Shown: positions 16,901 to 24,410 of the stretch, piece by piece
How positions within the stretch are numbered: position 1 is the first letter of the stretch
Layout of the letters: every line of letters begins with the position of its first letter
NCBI GenBank assembly: GCA_007376185.1
Contig: VMFS01000004.1
Coordinates: 165 to 64,164 of the forward strand
Direction of reading: 5' to 3'
From: Parcubacteria group bacterium Gr01-1014_30
GTDB lineage: Bacteria > Patescibacteriota > Minisyncoccia > Minisyncoccales > 2-12-FULL-40-12
Length of the DNA stretch: 64,000 bases
Position numbers and translations under genes: made by a program
The notes under the pieces: model-generated
The model's database searches: none
The model's input: the letters and a program-made list of their open reading frames with translations, nothing else
Told to the model about the DNA's origin: nothing

Positions 16901-17518
16901 TTAGAGGTGACTCAGGATAGAGTAATTAAGATAAAGCCAAGGGGTGGCAAAAAAACCGACAAACAGGAAAATGTTGAGTACCGCTTGCTATCGCCGAAAA
17001 TGGCAGTATGGGTTAGCCCAGGACAAAAAGTGCAAAAAGGACAGCAGTTAACTGAGGGCAACATTGACTTGCGGGAGTTTTTCAAGCTGGTGGGAGAGCA
17101 GGAAACAAAAGCGCACATAGTCAGAGAAGTTCAGCGCATTTACGTTTTTCAGGGAGTCGCCATTCACGACAAGCACATTGAGGTGATTGTTCGCCAGATG
17201 TTTTCTCGCGTCAGAGTGAAGGACCCTGGCGACTCGTCTTTTGTGCCGGGAGAAGTTGTCAGCAGGTTGCGTCTTCACGAAACAAATGCCGCCCTTAAAA
17301 AAGAAGAGAAAAAGCCGGCCAAGGGCGTTCCTATTCTGCTGGGCATATCGCAAGCCGCTTTAACAACTGATTCTTTCTTGTCGGCTGCTTCCTTCCAGGA
17401 AACGTCCAGAGTGCTGATAAGAGCTGCCACCGAAGGCGCCCAAGATCAATTGAAAGGGCTGAAGGAGAATGTTATAATAGGTAAGCTGATACCGGTTGGC
17501 ACGGGATTTAGGAAGTAA
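13970..17518 (+). CDS. rpoC: DNA-directed RNA polymerase subunit beta'
   Basis: 1182 aa. Zn-finger [23 protein letters not shown], catalytic NADFDGDQM, and trigger-loop and bridge-helix blocks. Confidence 0.97.
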   Translation: [1182 protein letters not shown]

Positions 17519-17632
17519 ATCCCAAATCACAAATTACAAATCCCAAATAAATCACAATGACCAAAATCACAAATTCCAAACGTTTAGAATTTGGAATTTG
17601 TTTGTAATTTGGTGCTTGGAATTTGGAGTTTA
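17519..17632 (+). terminator. Long nested hairpin after rpoC
   Basis: CAAATTCCAAA-cgtttaga-TTTGGAATTTG is nested inside ACAAATTACAAA...TTTGTAATTTG. Confidence 0.5.
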
Positions 17633-17639
17633 CAAAAAA

Positions 17640-19841
17640 GTGTCTAAAAATAGGAAGAAAAACAAGAATTCTCGTTTCAAAAAGGAAAAGCAGCCGAGAG
17701 TTTGGTTGCCAGACGCCAGCAAAAAATACGTTTTCGGGACGGCCGTGATTCTTCTGGCCGTGATTGTTTCTTTGAGCTTTTTTGAGAGGTCGGGGCCAGC
17801 CGGGCAATGGTTAAAAAATGGACTTCTGTTTTTAATAGGTAATACTATTTTTGCGTTCCCTTTGCTTTTTTTGTTTTCCGGACTGATATCTTTCCGTCCC
17901 AGGTACAGAAATTTTTTTTACTCCCTTTTTTTGGCAAACTTCACTTTTGTTCTTGGGATCTCCGGAATCCTTGAGGGCTTGAACCCTGGGCAGATGCAGG
18001 GCGGCTGGCTTGGGTATTTGGCCGCCTGGCCTTTGCTGGCACTGTTTGACTTTTTGGTAACGCAAGTAATTTTTGTGGCTCTTGTTTGTTTGGGCTTTCT
18101 GATTTTTTGGCATCTTTTGCCTCCGACAAAAATTTTAGCCAGAATGAAAGAAAAAATAACACCTTCTGATTTGCCGGCCTCTGAAGGCAGAGAGCGACTT
18201 GAGTTTGGTGAAGCCGGCGGAAAGCCGTCTTTGGTCAGCAGAGTGCTTCAAAAAGTGACGAGAGCGCCTCGCTTTACAGTTAGAGAGGTCCCTTCCGGCC
18301 AGGGAAAACTGCCAGCTGAAAGCGCGACAAAAGAGGGTGTTTTACCCGCGGCGTTAAAGGCAAAAGTCGTTTTGCCTCAAGCCCTTTACTCTTTTCCGCC
18401 CAAGGACCTCTTGGAAAGAGACGGAGGCAAGGCGACTCCCGGGGATGTTAGGACTTCAGCAAGCATAATTAAGAAGACCCTGCAGAATTTTGGGATTGCA
18501 GTTGAAATGTCGGAAGTGAATGTCGGGCCGACGGTCACCCAGTACACGTTAAAGCCGGCAGAAGGCATAAAGCTATCAAAAATTACAGCTCTTTCAAACG
18601 ACCTGGCCCTGGCTTTGGCAGCCCATCCCATTAGGATTGAGGCGCCCATACCAGGCAAGTCACTAGTGGGCATTGAGGTGCCCAACAAGGTTAGAGCCCG
18701 GGTCGGGTTGCGGGAGATGGTTGAAAGCCAGGAGTTTCAAACCTCCCCACCTTTAACCGTTGTTTTGGGCAAAGACGTTTCCGGCAACCCCAAATTCGCC
18801 GATTTGGCTAAGATGCCTCACCTTTTGGTTGCCGGATCTACGGGTACGGGCAAGACCGTTTATCTTAACAACGTCCTTCTTTCTCTGATTTACAAGAACT
18901 CTCCGGAAGCCCTAAGGTTTATTTTAATTGACCCAAAAAGAGTGGAGTTTTCAATTTATGAAGGACTGCCCCACCTTTTGGCGCCAGTAATTTTTGACGC
19001 TAATCAAACCGTAAACGTCCTGAGGTGGTTAATCGGCGAGATGGAAAGAAGGTTTGACATGCTGTCGGTTTCAAAAACCAGGGATATTGCGAGCTTTAAC
19101 TCAAAAGCCGAGAACAGAGCAGACCTTCTGTCTTACATAGTTTTGGTTATTGACGAGCTGGCCGATTTGATGGCGGCAAAAGGCAGAGAGGTGGAGTCGG
19201 GCATCGTACGCTTGGCTCAAATGGCGAGGGCCGTGGGAATTCATCTGGTGGTTGCCACGCAAAGGCCTTCGGTTGAAGTTATTACTGGCTTGATTAAAGC
19301 CAACATTACTTCGAGGATCACTTTTCAGGTGGCCAGCCAAGTTGACAGCCGCACGGTGCTGGATTCCTCGGGAGCCGAAAAACTCTTGGGGTCAGGCGAT
19401 CTGCTTTACTTGTCTCCAGAAATCGGCAAACCAAAGCGAATTCAGTCGGCTTTTGTTTCTGAAAAAGAAGTAAAGAAAGTGGTGAACTGGCTAAAAACGC
19501 AAATCCCAAAGGCCAAAACAAAAAACTTAGAAGAAGAAATTTTAGAGAACCATTTGACCCAAGACCTTAGGAGGCAGATTGAGTCGCTCCCTGAAGAAAA
19601 CTCAGAAGGCAACGCCTTAAGCCAAGACCCTCTTTATGAGGAGGCGAAAAAGGAAGTTATTCTGGCGGGCAAGGCCTCGGCCTCTCTTTTGCAGAGGCGT
19701 TTGAGAATCGGATATGCCAGAGCCGCCAGGTTGATTGACATAATGGAAGAAAGAGGAGTGGTGGGACCCGGCGAAGGAGCGAAACCGAGAGAGGTGTACA
19801 TCAACGGCAATAAAGAAGATGACGAGTGGCAAAAAGTTTGA
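17640..19841 (+). CDS. ftsK: DNA translocase FtsK/SpoIIIE
   Basis: N-terminal TM helices, motor domain with Walker A GSTGTGKT and Walker B VLVIDELADL, and a C-terminal gamma winged helix (LYEEAKKEVILAGKASASLLQRRLRIGYARAARLIDIMEERGVV). The start is moved to an in-frame GTG at 17640, because the ORF-track start at 17496 overlaps rpoC and the terminator hairpin. Confidence 0.85.
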   Translation: MSKNRKKNKNSRFKKEKQPRVWLPDASKKYVFGTAVILLAVIVSLSFFERSGPAGQWLKNGLLFLIGNTIFAFPLLFLFSGLISFRPRYRNFFYSLFLANFTFVLGISGILEGLNPGQMQGGWLGYLAAWPLLALFDFLVTQVIFVALVCLGFLIFWHLLPPTKILARMKEKITPSDLPASEGRERLEFGEAGGKPSLVSRVLQKVTRAPRFTVREVPSGQGKLPAESATKEGVLPAALKAKVVLPQALYSFPPKDLLERDGGKATPGDVRTSASIIKKTLQNFGIAVEMSEVNVGPTVTQYTLKPAEGIKLSKITALSNDLALALAAHPIRIEAPIPGKSLVGIEVPNKVRARVGLREMVESQEFQTSPPLTVVLGKDVSGNPKFADLAKMPHLLVAGSTGTGKTVYLNNVLLSLIYKNSPEALRFILIDPKRVEFSIYEGLPHLLAPVIFDANQTVNVLRWLIGEMERRFDMLSVSKTRDIASFNSKAENRADLLSYIVLVIDELADLMAAKGREVESGIVRLAQMARAVGIHLVVATQRPSVEVITGLIKANITSRITFQVASQVDSRTVLDSSGAEKLLGSGDLLYLSPEIGKPKRIQSAFVSEKEVKKVVNWLKTQIPKAKTKNLEEEILENHLTQDLRRQIESLPEENSEGNALSQDPLYEEAKKEVILAGKASASLLQRRLRIGYARAARLIDIMEERGVVGPGEGAKPREVYINGNKEDDEWQKV

Positions 19842-19848
19842 GCAATAG

Positions 19849-19972
19849 CGAAAACCCCGCCCTCTATGCTGTTTGTTTTTTTCTAAAAAAGAATTAAAAT
19901 AGTCGTAGAGTTCAATAAGCCATCGGAGTAAAAATTACCGCTTAGAGGGCGGGGTGCTCACTACGTTCGCAT
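19849..19972 (+). promoter_or_regulatory. Conserved hairpin leader upstream of recA (shared with rpsF)
   Basis: A 22-nt block CGAAAACCCCGCCCTCTATGCT and a 31-nt block TTAGAGGGCGGGGTGCTCACTACGTTCGCAT are identical to 23510-23582 on the minus strand. The arms CCCCGCCCTCTA/TAGAGGGCGGGG pair. Confidence 0.6.
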
Positions 19973-22249
19973 ATGGCAAAGCAAAAAGACCAAGGTGAAA
20001 AAAAAGAGTTGCAAGAGGCGGTGGACGAAATCAAGCAGCGCTTCGGCGAGGGAGCGATTATGAAGTTGAAGGAAGTGAGGGCCGTTGACGTTGATGCTAT
20101 ACCGACAGGTTCCATATCTTTGGACTTGGCTTTGGGAGTGCTCGGAATTCCAAGAGGCAGGGTGGTTGAGGTTTTTGGTCCAGAGTCAGCCGGCAAGACG
20201 AGTTTAGCCCTTCATATTATCGCAGAGGCGCAAAAGCAAGGCGGAGTCGGTGCTTTCGTTGATGCTGAACACGCCTTGGATCCTGACTATGCCAAGAAAA
20301 TTGGCGTTAACGTTGACGATTTGTTAATTTCCCAGCCCGACTCCGGGGAACAAGCCCTGCAGATTGTCGAGACCTTGGTGCGATCTGCCCAGGTCGACGT
20401 GATAGTGATTGACTCCGTGGCGGCTCTAGTGCCCAAAGCCGAGATAGAAGGAGAGGCCGGAGAATTTCAAATAGGATTGCAGGCGCGGTTGATGAGCCAA
20501 GCATGCCTAGCCGAAGATACTGAATTACTCGACCCTCTTTCAGGCCAAACTTCTTTGATTAAAGAGATTGTGGAAAAAAGATTACCTTGGCATACCTTAA
20601 CTTATAATACAAAGAAAAGAAAATTTATTATGTCGAGGGTGATAGACTGGCTTCCCCAAGGCGAGAGAAACTGTTTTGAAATAAAGACAAAAGATGGTCA
20701 TGTTGTAAATCTTACTGATGATCATTTAGTCCTCACTTTGGGCGGCTGGAAAGAAGTAAAAAATTTAACTTTAGAGGATTGTTTAACTATTCCCAGGAAA
20801 GTTTCCGATTTGCCACCTAAGTATTTGGGGAAGAAATTAACTGACGATGAAATTAAAATAATTGCCTATATTATTGGTGACGGCAGCTGTACCCACTACC
20901 AGCTTACATTTGCCAACGTCGATCCAGAAATAATCGGTGACCTTAACGCATCATTGGCGAGTTTAAACTGCGAGCTTTATAAGAAAAATTATAAGGCGTA
21001 TTCGATAAGAAAGAATAAAAATTTACCGCGGGGCTCTTATCGCTCTCCTGCAAAGGAACTATTAAGACGGCAAAGAGTTTATGGGAAGAAAGGCCCGGAA
21101 AAAGATATCCCCTCAAAGATTTTTAAGCTTTCCAAAGAGCAACTTTCAGTTTTTATTTCAAGACTTTGGTCCTGCGACGGGCATGTTGACTTATCAGCAA
21201 GGGCTATTATCTATTCTTCCACTTCTCTTGAATTAATAAAGCAACTACAGTTTTTATTGCTTCACTTTGGCATTGTCAGCAGATGGTCTCAGAAGAAAGG
21301 TTCCTTTCCCCGGCCTCATCCACTTTATAAATTAATCATTCAGGGGAGACAAAATATTCAAGTTTTTGCCAATGAAATTGGTTTGGTTGGTGTAAAAGAA
21401 AGAAAATTAAAAGAACTTGTAAATGCGGTATGGAAATCAAAAGTTATGCCCTTTCAGGAAGTTATTCCTTACCAGTTGGTCCCGACAATAAAAGAAGCGG
21501 TTTATATATCTGGCCATACGGGCCAAGAAATCTCGCATCTCTTGGGATTATATAACCGAACTTCTTTCCCTGAATTTAAACCTACTCGTTTGCGAATTTC
21601 TCGAGAACATTTAGAGAAGATTTCAAATTTCATTGGTAATAAAGGATTAAAAGAAGTTGCTGAAGAGGGAGTTTACTGGAGCAACATTATTTCAATTTCT
21701 CCTATCGGGAAAAGAAAAGTTTATGATTTAACGGTTGAAGACAGACCTAATTTTGTTGCTAATGGCGTAGTAGTACATAATTGTCGCAAACTGTCCGGCA
21801 TCATTGCCAAGACAAAAACCGTGGTCATTTTCCTGAATCAAACCAGAATGAAAATAGGAATGCTTTTTGGCAATCCCGAAACGACCCCCGGGGGGCTTGC
21901 TCTGAAGTTTTACGCCTCTGTCAGAATTGATTTGCGGAGGTTAGCTCAAATCAAAAAAGGGGATGAGATAGTTGGCAACAGAGTTAGAGCAAAAATTGTC
22001 AAAAATAAAGTGGCTCCGCCTTTCAAGACCGCCGAGTTTGACATTTATTACAACGAAGGCATTTCATATTTTGCCGACATTCTGAACACGGGGCTGAAAT
22101 TGGAGCTGATAAAAAAAGCCGGCTCTTGGCTTCAATATGAAAATACGAAACTGGGACAAGGCATGGAGGGAAGCAAGGCGTTTTTGAAAGAAAATTCTAA
22201 CGTAACTGAACAAATAAAAAAGGCGATAGTCGGAAAAACTATTTCGTAG
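19973..22249 (+). CDS. recA: Recombinase RecA, interrupted by an intein
   Basis: The exteins total 332 aa: Walker A GPESAGKT, ...[10 protein letters not shown] | intein | [38 protein letters not shown]... Confidence 0.93.
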   Translation: MAKQKDQGEKKELQEAVDEIKQRFGEGAIMKLKEVRAVDVDAIPTGSISLDLALGVLGIPRGRVVEVFGPESAGKTSLALHIIAEAQKQGGVGAFVDAEHALDPDYAKKIGVNVDDLLISQPDSGEQALQIVETLVRSAQVDVIVIDSVAALVPKAEIEGEAGEFQIGLQARLMSQACLAEDTELLDPLSGQTSLIKEIVEKRLPWHTLTYNTKKRKFIMSRVIDWLPQGERNCFEIKTKDGHVVNLTDDHLVLTLGGWKEVKNLTLEDCLTIPRKVSDLPPKYLGKKLTDDEIKIIAYIIGDGSCTHYQLTFANVDPEIIGDLNASLASLNCELYKKNYKAYSIRKNKNLPRGSYRSPAKELLRRQRVYGKKGPEKDIPSKIFKLSKEQLSVFISRLWSCDGHVDLSARAIIYSSTSLELIKQLQFLLLHFGIVSRWSQKKGSFPRPHPLYKLIIQGRQNIQVFANEIGLVGVKERKLKELVNAVWKSKVMPFQEVIPYQLVPTIKEAVYISGHTGQEISHLLGLYNRTSFPEFKPTRLRISREHLEKISNFIGNKGLKEVAEEGVYWSNIISISPIGKRKVYDLTVEDRPNFVANGVVVHNCRKLSGIIAKTKTVVIFLNQTRMKIGMLFGNPETTPGGLALKFYASVRIDLRRLAQIKKGDEIVGNRVRAKIVKNKVAPPFKTAEFDIYYNEGISYFADILNTGLKLELIKKAGSWLQYENTKLGQGMEGSKAFLKENSNVTEQIKKAIVGKTIS
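20504..21781 (+). mobile_element. RecA intein (426 aa) with a LAGLIDADG homing endonuclease domain
   Basis: Starts [10 protein letters not shown], block [17 protein letters not shown] motifs [11 protein letters not shown] and [12 protein letters not shown], ends VVVHN with a +1 Cys. Confidence 0.9.
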
Positions 22250-22436
22250 TATGGGATAAAAGCCCCAGGTGCCTTGCTCTTTTTATGGCGCGAGCGAGCC
22301 TGCGCTGATGTTTTGAGCACACGCCGGTTCTTTTTTTTGCGCGGATCTTTCCCAAACCCGAAATAAATCTCAGCAAAAGACCGGTTTCTTTGAAGTCAAT
22401 TTCTTGAATGTTGCGTTGGCAGAAGAAACAAGCCAT
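22239..22436 (-). CDS. rpsR: 30S ribosomal protein S18
   Basis: 65 aa. [44 protein letters not shown]. Confidence 0.9.
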   Translation of the reverse strand: MACFFCQRNIQEIDFKETGLLLRFISGLGKIRAKKRTGVCSKHQRRLARAIKRARHLGLLSHTTK

Positions 22437-22438
22437 AT

Positions 22439-22873
22439 TTATAGCGGGATGTCTTTCACGTCTATTTCTTCTTCGTCAACCACCGGAATTTCTTCTTTGG
22501 CGCTTTCTTGCGCTTCTTGCTCCCGCGAGGGAAACACTTTGCCTGCTGTTTTCGGGCCCAACTGCATGCGTTCTGCCACAATTTCGGTTCTGTTTCTTTT
22601 TGCGCCCGAGGAGTCCTGCCAGCTTCTTGTTTGCAAGCGGCCTTCAATCATTGTCAGCGACCCTTTGGTCAAGTAACGGCCGGCAATGTCGGCCAGTTTT
22701 CCGAAAGCGACAACATTGTGAAACTCGGTTTTTTGCTGCTTTTGGCCCGATTTGTCCTGATAGTGTCTGTCGGTGGCCATGCCAAAAGAAACAACCTGTT
22801 GGCCAGATGGTAAAGACCTGATTTCCGGGTCGCGAGTAAGTCGCCCGATTAAGAAGACTTTGTTGAGGTTCAC
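22439..22873 (-). CDS. ssb: Single-stranded DNA-binding protein
   Basis: GTG start. NKVFLIGRLTRDPEIR...TEFHNVVAFGKLA..., an OB fold, and an acidic C-terminal tail DEEEIDVKDIPL. Confidence 0.9.
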   Translation of the reverse strand: MNLNKVFLIGRLTRDPEIRSLPSGQQVVSFGMATDRHYQDKSGQKQQKTEFHNVVAFGKLADIAGRYLTKGSLTMIEGRLQTRSWQDSSGAKRNRTEIVAERMQLGPKTAGKVFPSREQEAQESAKEEIPVVDEEEIDVKDIPL

Positions 22874-23052
22874 CCCGTTAGAAGTCTGCCCTTATATAGC
22901 GTGTGGCTAATTTCAGACAGATTATTGTTATTTGTTATACCCCGTTTATTTCCACGCCCCGTTAGAAAGCTCGCACCGCCGTCACCACAAAGTAAGTATA
23001 ATCTTTACGTGCTTGAAAAACAACTTTCTAACGGGGCCAAGGACTTCTAACG
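22873..23052 (-). repeat. Nested CCCCGTTAGA-type hairpins in the rpsF-ssb spacer
   Basis: The inner 14-bp stem is GCCCCGTTAGAAAG (22956-22969) with CTTTCTAACGGGGC (23024-23037). The outer stem is CCCCGTTAGAAGTC (22873-22886) with GACTTCTAACG (23042-23052). Confidence 0.7.
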
Positions 23053-23104
23053 CCGAGGACGAAATCCGAGGCGTGAGATGCAGCGGAGCTGCAGCGAACG
23101 GGGT

Positions 23105-23509
23105 TCATTCTCCTAGAATTTCTTCAAGTTTTTTTTCGATTTGGCTAATTTCAACCTTTCCCTTTTCCTCTTTTTTTCGCAGAGCAAAGGTCTCCTCTCT
23201 CGGCACTTTCTTGAAAGCTGAACGTGGTTTTGCCCCCAAGAGTGTGTAGCGCAGAATCTGGTTTTCAGCTGAAAGTTTTTGTTTTAAACTTTCCAGCAAA
23301 GTCGGCTCCAAAGAAAAGTCAAAAGACCATAAGAAAGCTTGCGCCTTCTTTTGAATAGGCGAAGGCAACTGTTTTCTGATAGGCCTTGATTTTTCACCTA
23401 AAACTCCGCCTTCTTGGTGTAAAAAGGAAATTATTTTTTCCTGTAGAGAATTTAATTCTTGTTCAGATAATTCAGGCGAAGTTAGGAAAGTTAATGCGTA
23501 GTGTTTCAT
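23105..23509 (-). CDS. rpsF: 30S ribosomal protein S6
   Basis: MKHYALTFLTSPELSEQE... matches the S6 N-terminus pattern MRHYEIVF..HPD.SE. The ORF-track start at 23542 reads through the conserved leader, so the ATG at 23509 is preferred. Confidence 0.8.
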   Translation of the reverse strand: MKHYALTFLTSPELSEQELNSLQEKIISFLHQEGGVLGEKSRPIRKQLPSPIQKKAQAFLWSFDFSLEPTLLESLKQKLSAENQILRYTLLGAKPRSAFKKVPREETFALRKKEEKGKVEISQIEKKLEEILGE

Positions 23510-23582
23510 GCGAACGTAGTGAGCACCCCGCCCTCTAAACATATGAAAGTTGATACATTTAGCATAGAGGGCGGGGTTTTCG
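23510..23582 (-). promoter_or_regulatory. Conserved hairpin leader upstream of rpsF (shared with recA)
   Basis: It carries the same 22-nt and 31-nt blocks as 19849-19972, but the central loop is only 22 nt. Confidence 0.6.
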
Positions 23583-23588
23583 TTTTAC

Positions 23589-24386
23589 TCAAATTTTAAA
23601 CTCAATCACGTCGCCGTCTTCAACTAGGTAGTCCTTGCCTACGGCTCTTATAAAACCCATCTGCTTGGCTTTTAACCAAGAGCCAGTTTGAATCAACTTT
23701 TGCCAGTTGGTGACCTGGGCTTTGATGAATTTTTCCACAAAATCGGAATGAACGATCCTGCCGGCTTCTAGAACCGAGGCCCCCTTCTTTAAAGTCCAGG
23801 CTTGGACTTGCTTTCCGCGCTTGACGGTGTAAAAAGTGATTAAGTCAAGCGCATTGTAGCACTCTGAAATAAGTTTGGCAAGTTCGTCTGGCTTGGGAGT
23901 TTTCAAGTTAATCCTTACCCCGTTAGAAACTTCACGTTGCGAGCCCTTGCTATTTCTAACGGGGTTTATATTGTAGACATAAACAATGGGTTTTGAGTTC
24001 AAGTCCTTCATTTCCAACTCTGTTTTTATCGTCTCAACGTCTGCATTGGGCGTGGAGTTTGCCCTAAAACAATCCACAATTTCCAAAATCGCGTCGCACC
24101 TGCTTATTTGGTCCAAAAACTGGTTGCCCAAGCCCTTGCCTTTGTGCGCGTCTTTGACAAGGCCGGCAATATCAACGAATTCAATTACAGTCGGGACGAC
24201 CCTTTCCGGCCTCACTACTTTTGCTATAGCTTCAAGCCGCGGGTCGGGCACGGCAACAACGCCGAAGTTCGGGTGTATTGTCGTGAAAGGGTAGTCAGCT
24301 ATCTCAACCTGTTTTTTGGTCAAGGCCTGAAAAAGCGTTGACTTGCCCACGTTGGGCAGTCCGACAATTCCGACTGAAAAAGACAT
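23589..24386 (-). CDS. ychF: Ribosome-binding ATPase YchF (short form)
   Basis: G1 GLPNVGKST, YPFTT, DIAGLV, GLGNQFL, and a C-terminal TGS-like GKDYLVEDGDVIEFKI. Only 265 aa. Confidence 0.85.
   Translation of the reverse strand: MSFSVGIVGLPNVGKSTLFQALTKKQVEIADYPFTTIHPNFGVVAVPDPRLEAIAKVVRPERVVPTVIEFVDIAGLVKDAHKGKGLGNQFLDQISRCDAILEIVDCFRANSTPNADVETIKTELEMKDLNSKPIVYVYNINPVRNSKGSQREVSNGVRINLKTPKPDELAKLISECYNALDLITFYTVKRGKQVQAWTLKKGASVLEAGRIVHSDFVEKFIKAQVTNWQKLIQTGSWLKAKQMGFIRAVGKDYLVEDGDVIEFKI
23917..23965. repeat. CCCCGTTAGA-type palindromic element embedded in frame in ychF
   Basis: ACCCCGTTAGAAA-23 nt-TTTCTAACGGGGT. It is translated as NPVRNSKGSQREVSNGV. Confidence 0.75.
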
Positions 24387-24410
24387 GATAATATGTTAGA
24401 ATACTTCTAT

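Noticed and set aside
19941-19975. A LexA/Cheo-type SOS box in the shared recA and rpsF leader
   Set aside because: There is only a GAAC/GTTC half-site (CGAACG) with no matching second half at N4. No CTGT-N8-ACAG pattern is present. The shared element is a hairpin with variable loop length, not a fixed-spacing operator.
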